Assembly: GCA_010909165.1 (NCBI GenBank)
Contig: VJWM01000107.1
Location: 868,001-932,000, forward strand
Direction of reading: 5' to 3'
DNA: 64,000 bases
DNA from: Anthoceros angustus
Lineage: Eukaryota > Plantae > Anthocerotophyta
Below, piece by piece: positions 1 through 10,498 of the stretch (position 1 is its first letter; every line of letters starts with the position of its first letter). The notes under the pieces are model-generated. The model did not search any database. It saw only the letters and a program-made list of their open reading frames with translations, and had not been told where the DNA came from. The position numbers were made by a program, and so were the translations under genes.

Positions 1-860
1 GCCACGGGCGTTACCTCTACAGCGCAATGGACACCCCAAGGTCTCGATTGGCCAACGCCCTTTACAGTTCCATTTCGACTCAGTAGACTCTGTCCGTTGA
101 TCGGGAAAACTGTGTGTGTCAAACGGTAACACACGACTGAGAAAATTGAGCCCAGCAATTGGGAGAGCCCTGGTTATGTTTCCACCCAACCTCTCGAAGG
201 GAGGATACAACTCTGATGGTTTAACTCAGCCCACGGTGAGTCAGGCTTGGATTGTCTCTCCCATACGCTTTCTGCGCATCTTTGAAGATCCCACACGTCA
301 CAAACATGTTTACCAAAGCATAGCCCACAACCTTGTATGATGTTGACGTCCTCTTCCTCTGATCTGGGCAAGAAGCTGCCCTCCCTTCTCCGGCGATGGT
401 AAGCCTACACTTGCACAGTCCTGGAGAGGGTCAGAAGTGCCACAGCGTTAGGCAAAGCTGTGGCCCCTTGCATTCAACTGTAAGGATCCAGGGCGTCCTC
501 ACCCATACCTGGCTAAAAATATCAGGCAATGATTGTGGTCCAAATCAAGACTTCCCTCTGTTTGATATGTGCAGATAATGATGGCAGACAACGAGAATCC
601 CTTGGCCTCCACCACCAGGGTGAACACCGCCATGGCTTCCTACTATCTGCCATGAGAAGCATACAACCTGCAGAGTGTGGTTGCACAAGAGTGTCCGACT
701 GATGCCCGCTTCTCACCACGGGAGCATGGACACAGCGACCTTGAATCAGATCACTCGTCAAGGACAGTATAAAAGATTGGGAAATCCGACAGTCTGCCTT
801 CAGCACCAGCACTCCCAGACCCTCAACAGCCTCCCTGGGCTGCCCTGCCTTCATCTTGCG
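1..860 (-). pseudogene. Degenerate PLS-class PPR gene fragment (unit 1, partial)
   Basis: Minus-strand pieces GRCVHAPVVRSGHQSDTLLCN, EVLIWTTIIA*YF*PGMGEDALDPYS*MQG...PNAVTL and GYALVNMFVTCGIFKDAQKAY resemble plant PLS-PPR motifs (GRQVHAHIVKSGFESD, VSWTTMIAGY..GMGEEAL, NALVNMYAKCG). In-frame stops and frameshifts are present. Boundaries approximate. Confidence 0.7.
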
Positions 861-936
861 GTTTAAGAAGTCACGACCATTTCAGATCCTGCTGGCTTGA
901 CAAGACTAGCACTTACAAGGAAGCTCCACTTATCCA

Positions 937-2095
937 CCTGCACATCCATAGCCACAAGTGAACGGGAGCTCAGAGGAACTGGTTTAGGAGGAGTAAATTT
1001 GTTCAAACAAATCCTATCGCTCCTAGACCGGCTGCTCCCAGCTTCCTCCCAGCTTCCTCCTCCTCAACCTTGCAGTCAAGCCGCCGGACCTGTTCATGGA
1101 CACCAAGTATCCATCTGCACATCCATAGTAGCACGCGAACGGGAGCTCAGACGAGCTGGTTCAGGAGGAGAATTTGACCTACCAACTTCTATCGCTCCTA
1201 GACCGGCTGCTCACAGCTTCCTCTTCACAAACCTCACAGTCAAGGGACCAGACCTATTCGTGTAACACACGGTATCCTCGGCACATCCATAGCAGCAAGC
1301 GAACGGAAGCTCGGAGGAGCTGGTGTAGGAGGCGTAGAATTTGACCTAACAAATTCTGTCGCTCCTAGACCAGTTGCTCCCAGCTTCTCTTCACAAACCT
1401 GACCGTCAAGACGCCCGACCCAGTCGTGTAACACCCGGTATCCATCTGCACATCCGTGGCAGCAAGCGAACGGAAGCTCGGAGGAGCTGGTTTAGGAGGC
1501 GTAGAATTTGACCTAACAAATTCTGTCGCGCCTAGACCAGTTGCTCCCAGCTTCCCTTCACAAACCTAACCGTCCAGGCGCCCGATCCATTCTGTAACAC
1601 CAAGTATCCATCTGCACATCCGTGGCAGCAAGCGAACGGAAGCTCGGAGAAGCTGGTTTAGGAGGCGTAGAATTTGACCTAACAAATTCTGTCGCGCCTA
1701 GACCAGTTGCTCCCAGCTTCCTCTTCACAAACATAACCGTCCAGGCGCCCGATCCATTCGTGTAACACCAAGTATCCATCTGCACATCCGTGGCAGCAAG
1801 CGAACGGAAGCTCGGAGGAGCTGGTTTAGGAGGCGTAGAATTTGACCTAACAAAATCTGTCGCGCCTAGACCAGTTGCTCCCAGCTTCCCTTCACAAACC
1901 TAACAGTCAAGCGTGAGGTAACACCCGGATCATCTGTACATCCTTAGCAGGAAGCGAACGGGAGCTCCGAGGAGCTGGTGTAGGAGGCGTAGAATTTGCC
2001 CTAACAAACTCATCGCTCCTAGACCGGCTCCCAGCTTCCTCTTCGCGAACCTAACAGTCAAGCCGCTAAACCTGTTCGTGGAACACCAGGCATCG
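937..2095 (+). repeat. Seven ~168-bp sub-repeats, each with an internal 84-nt fold-back hairpin (unit 1)
   Basis: CTGCACATCC-type anchor at ~938, ~1116, ~1280, 1446, 1612, 1780, ~1934. Example arm pair 1638-1676 / 1683-1721 gives a 39-position ungapped stem (30 WC + 4 G:U + 5 mismatches) with loop ACCTAA. Confidence 0.95.
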
Positions 2096-2213
2096 CACCA
2101 ATTTCTTGTTCCCAGAACCTGCTGGCTCTGACGCCATCCTCGTGAACAGCGTGAATGTACAGCGTGCCAGACAGCTATGATTCGCAGAGGCATGCGCGTC
2201 CTACCACCTTTAC

Positions 2214-2230
2214 CCCCAAACCCTAAACCC
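2214..2230 (+). promoter_or_regulatory. Telo-box / degenerate plant telomere motif (in every unit)
   Basis: CCCCAAA CCCTAAA CCC contains AAACCCTAA (2218-2226), the plant telo-box. Function here untested. Confidence 0.35.
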
Positions 2231-2700
2231 GTCCTCGACTCACTTCAATAAAAACATAATAGACTATTTACATACTTTGTTTCAAAGTGGACGTGAACGG
2301 GTAGCGGAAGCCCCGGTTTTGCGGAAGATTTTGCTGTTTCGAATGCGAGCTGTAAGTGGATCTGGTGCGATCTGCTTAACTAAAGCATTTTCAATGAGGG
2401 CAGGAGGCGGGCCGCCGGAGGTTCGTCTATACGGGTGCAGACAATCTTTGAGTCGGCAGTGCATGGGATTCTGGTGTTGGGATTCATGTTCATCACTGAC
2501 AGATTCCCGTGAAGTTTGTGTCAAAGTTCGCTAAAGTGGGTGTGAAAGGGAGTTTGAGGCCGATCGGTCTGCAGCTGTGCAAGCTGGAGGCGAAGGAGAT
2601 CAAACCATTTCGGAACTTCAACGTGCAGAGAACTGGAGCAACTCCAACCTCTTTCTTTTCATATCTCCGAGAAGACTGCCTTGGCTACCAGGAGGTGGAC

Positions 2701-2831
2701 CAAAGTTTATGCAAGAATTGTTGAGAAAAGCAACGATAGGTGACCGGCTAGGGACTTGCAGATTCAGCAAAGTTTATGCAAGAATTGTTGAGAAAAGCAA
2801 CGATAGGTGACGGCTAGGGACTTGCGATTCA
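2701..2831. repeat. ~70-bp direct tandem duplication (all units)
   Basis: CAAAGTTTATGCAAGAATTGTTGAGAAAAGCAACGATAGGTGA...GATTCA at 2701 and 2768. Confidence 0.9.
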
Positions 2832-3761
2832 TATATTAAGCATTTGTAGGCTGGAACTCGACCAGGTCATGGATGTCAATTGTTGGAATAGGAAGTGCCT
2901 CGTCTAATGTACTTAATATTGCTTTATGAAGTGTATAGATCGTGATGCATCTTATGCTTGCAAATAGAATCATGCGCGGAAAATTTTGGAAGCGCATATA
3001 GTTTTTCCCCAATCTAGTGCCCTAGCCCTTAATTGTGTGAAGCCATGGTAGCGAAAATGAATTGAGTTCAGTTGTTGGGCACTAGTGCGAGCAATGGTTG
3101 CTCTCTTGTTTGTGCAATTTGAATATTGTTTCATTTGCGGAGTGGAGGTTCCCCATACAAACAAGATGAACACATCTTCTTCTTTTTCTTCTCATCTCTT
3201 ATCTATTTATAAAGCTAATGTTTGGTAACCAAACTTTTCAATAATAGAAAATATTTATGTGAGAAACTCAATGAAAAGAAAATAAATATTCATTTACCTA
3301 CAACTAGAAAATACTATGCATTCATAACTTGCGAATATACCCATGAAACTTAGAATAGCTTTAAACGAACTAAGCTCTATTTGTGAACGAAAAAAGTCAG
3401 ATTTTGTATGGATTTCATGCCTTGGCCTACTTTTCTCTAATAAGTTAGCGTTGATTTTGTTGTGTTTCTTCACTATTCCAACAAATGGAGTCATGCACTT
3501 GTATGCTCCGTGACTTGAGGAAGGTAGAGAGGAGCAACCAAAGAATACTTAGTACCTTTAGCAAAATATATTTTAGAGTGCCCTCTAAAGAGATGTAAGA
3601 CCCACATGCATAACTTGCCCACCACCTATGATACTAGTTTGTGATTGTAAGAAACAAAGTATACGCACCTTTTAGTATAACATTCCTTCTTATTGCATAA
3701 GTAAACCAAGACGGAAAATATGCTAGTACACATCCCGCATGCTTTTAGCAAAATGGTGTGA

Positions 3762-3910
3762 GGTCTTTTTCACCTAGAACTTCTTTGTACCGCCCTCCGG
3801 ATGCAAAGTATATCCGTAAGAGTTAGGTAGTCCTACGGTCTTTTTCACCTAGAACTTCTTTGCACCTGTCCTCCGAATACAAAGTATATCCGAAGAGTTA
3901 GGTAGTCCTA
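3762..3910. repeat. ~75-bp direct tandem duplication (all units)
   Basis: GGTCTTTTTCACCTAGAACTTCTTTG...AAAGTATATCC..GAGTTAGGTAGTCCTA at ~3762 and ~3837. Confidence 0.9.
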
Positions 3911-3927
3911 CAACCATGCGATCTTAT

Positions 3928-3999
3928 GAACAATGGGATTGCGACATTCTTCTTCTACATTTAGAATACATTTAGAAGAATGTCACAATCCCATTGTTC
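3928..3999. other. 72-nt inverted repeat, 26-bp stem / 20-nt loop (unit 1)
   Basis: 3928-3953 GAACAATGGGATTGCGACATTCTTCT versus 3974-3999 AGAAGAATGTCACAATCCCATTGTTC: 25/26 complementary. The single mismatch becomes G:U on the minus strand. Confidence 0.9.
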
Positions 4000-4141
4000 T
4001 TCTTCTTCTTCTTCGAAATTTTGTGACATTTTTATGAAGATAGTGGTAGTGGAATGTCTTCTCATATTCTTGTAGGCGGTCCCAGATGTGAGTGCAGACG
4101 TGTATGGTGGCCGACAATTGGGGTGGCCAATCACCCAGACT

Positions 4142-4575
4142 CGCAGCAGTTGCTGGGCGGAGACGTGGGCTCGGACGGGAGTACTCTTCGCGCATGGCAT
4201 GGGGAGATCAAGGGAGATAAGGCGCGTGCTGGGTCTATGAGATCGCTTGGCTTGGGCCAACTTCACTGTCACAGACTACAAGTGTTGAACGCAATTGGAT
4301 ATCTGCGGCCGCATGATATCCTAGTCCCAGTCCCAGATCGCAGAGGAACTGTCGTGTACGCAACTGCCCGGCCAGCCTGCGGGCGTTGGGGTCGCTGGAT
4401 AGCATTGACCTGTAATTCCCCTTTGGCAAGTGATCGCAAAGCTCCAGCTCCACCTCTAGCTCTGCATGCAATGTCCAGTGAAGTGCTCAGATTTATTGCC
4501 TTTGCCGGTCCAGATCTAGAGCAGCTCCATGGCCGCCAGGTCGCGCGCGCAGCAATACACACACGTGATCTCACC
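4142..4575 (+). other. Copy of the STP upstream region inside the unit (also 10641-11072, 17109-17540, 23593-24025, 30085-30516, 36573-37003)
   Basis: 434 bp matching 38997-39430 (directly upstream of the STP ATG) with 6 substitutions. Ends at ...CACGTGATCTCACC, where the GC2 fragment abuts. Confidence 0.93.
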
Positions 4576-5927
4576 ATCCCTCTGAGCAGCGGCAAGTGCC
4601 CTGGTAAGGTCCGCATTCTCTGCCTCAAGCTGTGCCTCTAGAGCTAGCCTGCATTCTCTGCCTCAAGCTGTGCCTCTAGAGCTAGCCCTTCCATCCTAGT
4701 TCTGCTGTGCTGCCGCCTTTCCAACTCCAGCGCCTGTGCCACTTCCATCATGCTCAGTTGGAGCTCGGCGGCCTCTTTGACCTGCTGCTCCACACCATCG
4801 GCAAGAGCACGCTCCAGAGCTTCCTTTTCGCATTCCAGTTGTTGCACAAGATTTTCTGCTCTGCTAGAGCAGCCCTGGCAGCTTCAACAGCCAGGATTCC
4901 AGCTCCTCTGTTTTCTAAGCTTCCTCCTCTCAGCCGCTTTCCTCCTCACCTCGTCTTCATACTCAGAATCCGAGCCGGACTCGGAGCCTGACTCAGAGCG
5001 TGACTCAGAACCGCTTTCCGACCCGCTGCCAGACAACGACTCACATCTACACGTTCTTCAGCCTCATATCCCTCCCGAGACACTCGGCAGATTAATTATG
5101 ATCCCTGCCTCCTGCGCCTGCGCTTGCTCATTCACAGCAGTTGTCCTCCTACCACTAGTTTCTGGAACGGGCTCTGGCAGGGTAGGCTCCAGCTCAAGGT
5201 CCACGAACCCGTTCAAATCCTCCGTCGTGGCAGCATTCTCGGCAGCATGCACGCCATATTGCTTCGAAACGGGATCCGTGGCTCGTGTCAAGGCATCATC
5301 CAGCAAATCCTCCACTCCACTAGGCCTTTCCAACCCCGGCGCCTCCTCCACCACCGGCTCCAATCTACCAATTCCATCATCCCGCACACCCGTGAAACCC
5401 CATCCCTACCTCGCCACCGGCCGAAGACGCAACATCATGACCTAATCCAAGCCTGTCTCTCCCATCCGCAGCAGCACTCCACGACACACTCCCTCCGACA
5501 CCTGAGGCAGCGTCCTCCGCAACCAGCACTCGCAACGCCTGCTCTTCACCAACATCGTCAATCCTCCAGGTCCAGCCTCCTCTTCACCGACTCATCCCGG
5601 AAATTCTTCACCGAGGCAGCCGCATCACTTCCCTGTCTCCTCTCCTGCCGCCGTTCCTGCCTGCCTCACCCTGGACGACTGCGCCGCAATCTGCTTCAAG
5701 CTGGACACCGGCACCGCCTTGGACGTCGGGGTCGGCCCCGACCTCCGAGCACCATCCCTCCCGCTCCCGGGATCGCAGCTCCACACTACTGGCAAAAGGA
5801 GTGGTAGCCCCGGGACTGGAAGCAGGAGACGCCAGCAGCTGCGTCCAGTCCTGATCCGGCCGAGCAGCATGCTCCTGCCGGGTGCGCGGAGCAACAGGCC
5901 CGGCCTTCTTCAACCCGGACAACGTCC

Positions 5928-5959
<32 letters not shown>

Positions 5960-6170
5960 GGTTGCTGCTGCCGTGCTTGCTCTCTTCCGGGATTGCCAAT
6001 CCCCAGGACGGCCGACCGTAATCCTCCGAGTCTCTGTCGAATTGTTCCCGTAACGAAGCCGGATGAGGACCGGGCTTTTCCGGCTTCCGCAGCGACTCCG
6101 CCGCTTGCTGGTCGATCTGCTGCAGCAGCTGCTCGGCTACCTTGAGCTTGGACGAGAGCCAGGACGCCAT
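4576..6170 (-). pseudogene. GC2: Golgin candidate 2-like, 5' half, truncated (unit 1)
   Basis: MASWLSSKLKVAEQLLQQIDQQAAESLRK, DQDWTQLLASP and acidic Ser tract + RENLVQQLECEK...EAAELQLSMME...HSRTRME...LEAENA match plant GC2 as I recall it (MANWISSKLKAAETILQQLDQQAAESLRK...ERENMVARLEGEK...LEAENAELTRSL). C-terminal coils and TM helix are absent; a 38-bp duplication creates TAG at 4644. Confidence 0.88.
4611..4687. repeat. 38-bp tandem duplication within the GC2 fragment (all units)
   Basis: GCATTCTCTGCCTCAAGCTGTGCCTCTAGAGCTAGC at 4613 and 4651. The second copy (minus sense) continues EAENADLTRALAAAQR, the original frame. Confidence 0.92.
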
Positions 6171-6459
6171 GGCCACATCTGCCAGCGATGAGCCTGGCAA
6201 GGCCACCCTCTTGGTTTGGGAGAGAGCGTGAGGCCTAATGAGACAAGCCTCCTTCAGTTTTCACTTCAAAACATGTATATACTGTAGGTAGTAGAGCTTT
6301 AGGCACATCACAGACATTATGTAGCAAAGAGAATGGAAAAATCCCATTACCCCGAAACGAAGGGAACTCCTCCAGGGACACCAGGCGGAGGGGACTAGCC
6401 CATGAGGCCAATTTTAAAACTACTTAGTGCTCCGAGAGTGTTGTGGTTTGGGATATGAA

Positions 6460-7345
6460 AAGGCTTACCCTGCTTACCCTACCGAAGATGCCACGGGCGT
6501 TACCTCTACAGCGCAATGGACACCCCAAGGTCTCGATTGGCCAACGCCCTTTACAGTTCCATTTCGACTCAGTAGACTCTGTCCGTTGATCGGGAAAACT
6601 GTGTGTGTCAAACGGTAACACACGACTGAGAAAATTGAGCCCAGCAATTGGGAGAGCCCTGGTTATGTTTCCACCCAACCCTCTCGAAGGGAGGATACAA
6701 CTCTGATGGTTTAACTCAGCCCACGGTGAGTCAGGCTTGGATTGTCTCTCCCATACGCTTTCTGCGCATCTTTGAAGATCCCACACGTCACAAACATGTT
6801 TACCAAAGCATAGCCACAACCTTGTATGATGTTGACGTCCTCTTCCTCTGATCTGGGCAAGAAGCTGCCCTCCCTTCTCCGGCGATGGTAAGCCTACACT
6901 TGCACAGTCCTGGAGAGGTCAAGTGTCACAGCGTTAGGCAAAGCTGTGGCCTTGCATTCAACTGTAAGGATCCAGGGCGTCCTCACCCATACCTGGCTAA
7001 AAATATCAGGCAATGATTGTGGTCCAAATCAAGACTTCCCTCTGTTTGATATGTGCAGATAATGATGGCAGACAACGAGAATCCTTGGCCTCCACCACCA
7101 GGGTGAACACCGCCATGGCTTCCTACTATCTGCCATGAGAAGCATACAACCTGCAGAGTGTGGTTGCACAAGAGTGTGTCCGACTGATGCCCGCTTCTCA
7201 CCACGGGAGCATGGACACAGCGACCTTGAATCAGATCACTCGTCAAGGACAGTATAAAAGATTGGGAAATCCGACAGTCTGCCTTCAGCACCAGCACTCC
7301 CAGACCCTCAACAGCCTCCCTGGGCTGCCCCTGCCTTCATCTTGC
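6460..7345 (-). pseudogene. Degenerate PLS-class PPR fragment (unit 2)
   Basis: Same PPR-like motifs and stops as unit 1 (ORF track 6424..6819, 6983..7297); boundaries approximate. Confidence 0.7.
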
Positions 7346-7422
7346 GGTTTAAGAAGTCACGACCATTTCAGATCCTGCTGGCTTGACAAGACTAGCACTT
7401 ACAAGGAAGCTCCACTTATCCA

Positions 7423-8586
7423 CCTGCACATCCATAGCCACAAGTGAACGGGAGCTCAGAGGAACTGGTTTAGGAGGTAAATTTGTTCAAACAAAATCCT
7501 ATCGCTCCTAGACCGGCTGCTCCCAGCTTCCTCCCCAGCTTCCTCCTCCTCAACCTTGCAGTCAAGCCGCCGGACCTGTTCATGGGACACCAAGTATCCA
7601 TCCATCTGCACATCCATAGTAGCACGCGAACGGGAGCTCAGACGAGCTGGTTCAGGAGGAGTAGAATTTGACCTACCAACTTCTATCGCTCCTAGACCGG
7701 CTGCTCACAGCTTCCTCTTCACAAACCTCACAGTCAAGGGACCAGACCTATTCGTGTAACACACGGTATCCTCGGCACATCCATAGCAGCAAGCGAACGG
7801 AAGCTCGGAGGAGCTGGTGTAGAGGCAGAATTTGACCTAACAAATTCTGTCGCTCCTAGACCAGTTGCTCCCAGCTTCCTCTTCACAAACCTGACCGTCA
7901 AGACGCCCGACCCAGTCGTGTAACACCCGGTATCCATCTGCACATCCGTGGCAGCAAGCGAACGGAAGCTCGGAGGAGCTGGTTTAGGAGGCGTAGAATT
8001 TGACCTAACAAATTCTGTCGCGCCTAGACCAGTTGCTCCCAGCTTCCTTCACAAACCTAACCGTCCAGGCGCCCGATCCATTCTGTAACACCAAGTATCC
8101 ATCTGCACATCCGTGGCGGCAAGCGAACGGAAGCTCGGAGAAGCTGGTTTAGGAGGCGTAGAATTTGACCTAACAAATTCTGTCGCGCCTAGACCAGTTG
8201 CTCCCAGCTTCCTCTTCACAAACATAACCGTCCAGGCGCCCGATCCATTCGTGTAACACCAAGTATCCATCTGCACATCCGTGGCAGCAAGCGAACGGAA
8301 GCTCGGAGGAGCTGGTTTAGGAGGCGTAGAATTTGACCTAACAAAATCTGTCGCGCCTAGACCAGTTGCTCCCAGCTTCCCTTCACAAACCTAACAGTCA
8401 AGCGTGAGGTAACACCCGGATCATCTGTACATCCTTAGCAGGAAGCGAACGGGAGCTCAGAGGAACTGGTTTAGGAGGCGTAGAATTTGCCCTAACAAAC
8501 TCATCGCTCCTAGACCGGCTCCCAGCTTCCTCTTCGCGAACCTAACAGTCAAGCCGCTAAACCTGTTCGTGGAACACCAGGCATCG
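7423..8586 (+). repeat. 168-bp hairpin sub-repeat array (unit 2)
   Basis: Same seven variants in the same order as unit 1. Confidence 0.95.
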
Positions 8587-10426
8587 CACCAATTTCTTGT
8601 TCCCAGAACCTGCTGGCTCTGACGCCATCCTCGTGAACAGCGTGAATGTACAGCGTGCCAGACAGCTATGATTTGCAGAGGCATGCGCGTCCTACCACCT
8701 TTACCACCAAACCCTAAACCCGTCCTCGACTCACTTCAATAAAAACATAATAGACTATTTACATACTTTGTTTCAAAGTGGACGTGAACGGGTAGCGGGA
8801 AGCCCCGGTTTTGCGGAAGATTTTGTTGTTTCGAATGCGAGCTGTAAGTGGATCTGGTGCGATCTGCTTAACTAAAGCATTTTTCAATGAGGGCAGGAGG
8901 CGGGCCGCCGGAGGTTCGTCTATACGGGTGCAGACAATCTTTGAGTCGGCAGTGCATGCGGGGATTCTGGTGTTGGGATTCATGTTCATCACTGACAGAT
9001 TCCCCGTGAAGTTTGTGTCAAAGTTCGCTAAAGTGGGTGTGAAAGGGAGTTTGAGGCCGATCGGTCTGCAGCTGTGCAAGCTGGAGGCGAAGGAGATCAA
9101 ACCATTTCGGAACTTCAACGTGCAGAGAACTGGAGCAACTCCAACCTCTTTCTTTTCATATCTCCGAGAAGACTGCCTTGGCTACCAGGAGGTGGACCAA
9201 AGTTTATGCAAGAATTGTTGAGAAAAGCAACGATAGGTGACCGGCGGCTAGGGACTTGCAGATTCAGCAAAGTTTATGCAAGAATTGTTGAGAAAAGCAA
9301 CGATAGGTGACGGCTAGGGACTTGCAGATTCATATATTAAGCATTTGTAGGCTGGAACCGACCAGGTCATGGATGTCAATTGTTGGAATAGGAAGTGCCT
9401 GCCTAATGTACTTAATATTGTTTTATGAAGTGTATAGATCGCATGCATCTTATGCTTGCAAATAGAATCATGCGCGGAAAATTTTGGAAAGCGCATATAG
9501 TTTTTTCCCCAATCTAGTGCCCTAGCCCTTAATTGTGTGAAGCCATGGTAGCGAAAATGAATTGAGTTCGGTTGTTGGGCACTAGTGCGAGCAATGGTTG
9601 CTCTCTTGTTTGTGCAATTTGAATATTGTTTCATTTGCGGAGTGGAGGTTCCCCATACAAACAAGATGAACACATCTTCTTCTTTTTCTTCTCATCTCTT
9701 ATCTATTTATAAAGCTAATGTTTGGTAACCAAACTTTTCAATAATAGAAAATATTTATGTGAGAAACTCAATGAAAAGAAAATAAATATTCATTTACCTA
9801 CAACTAGAAAATACTATGCATTCATAACTTCATAATATACCCATGAAACTTAGAATAGCTTTAAACGAACTAAGCTCTATTTAGTAAACGAAAAAAAAGC
9901 GTATTTGGCGATGGATTTCATGCCTTGGCCTACTTTTCTCTAATAAGTTAGCGTTGATTTTGTTGTGTTTCTTCACTATTCCAACAAATGGAGTCATGCA
10001 CTTGTATGCTCCGCACTTGAGGAAGGTAGAGAGTGAGCGATCAAAGAATACTTAGTACCTTTAGCAAAATATATTTTAGAGTGCCTCTAAAGAGATGTAA
10101 GACCCACATGCATAACTTGCCCACCACCTATGATACTAGTTTGTGATTGTAAGAAACAAAGTATACGCACCTTTTAGTATAACATTCCTTCTTATTGCAT
10201 AAGTAAACCGGAAGACGGAAAATATGCTAGTACACATCCCGCATGTTTTACAGCAAAATGGTGTGAGGTCTTTTTCACCTAGAACTTCTTTGTACTGCCT
10301 CCGGATGCAAAGTATATCCAAGAGTTAGGTAGTCCTCTTTTTTTCACCTAGAACTTCTTTGCACTGTCCTCCGAATACAAAGTATATCCGGAAGAGTTAG
10401 GTAGTCCTACAACCATGCGATCTTAT

Positions 10427-10498
10427 GAACAATGGGATTGCGACATTCTTCTTCTACATTTAGAATACATTTAGAAGAATGTCACAATCCCATTGTTC
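10427..10498. other. 26-bp-stem inverted repeat (unit 2)
   Basis: Same hairpin sequence. Confidence 0.9.

Noticed and set aside
937-2095. CRISPR-like array
   Set aside because: The whole 168 bp is repeated with no unique spacers; eukaryotic context and no cas genes.
937-2193. Minus-strand 56-aa repeat protein (KRKLGATGLGATEFVRSNSTPPKPAPPSFRSLAATDVQMDTWCY...)
   Set aside because: The ATG at 2193 is separated from the repeat frame by a 1-bp shift in repeat 7 shared by all units, and the terminal repeat has TGA. One open frame out of six in a 168-bp repeat is not improbable. The similar + strand peptide simply reflects the palindrome. Not fully excluded without polished reads.
2277-2810. + strand ORFs of 70-136 aa (..FPVKFVSKFAKVGVKG..)
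   Set aside because: No recognisable domain, frames differ between copies, and the 3' part is a local duplication.
6365-6412. Helitron 3' end (CCTCC...GGAGG followed by CTAG)
   Set aside because: The stem is only 5 bp with a 13-nt loop, the spacing to CTAG is atypical, the sequence is noisy between copies and it does not coincide with the observed array boundary.
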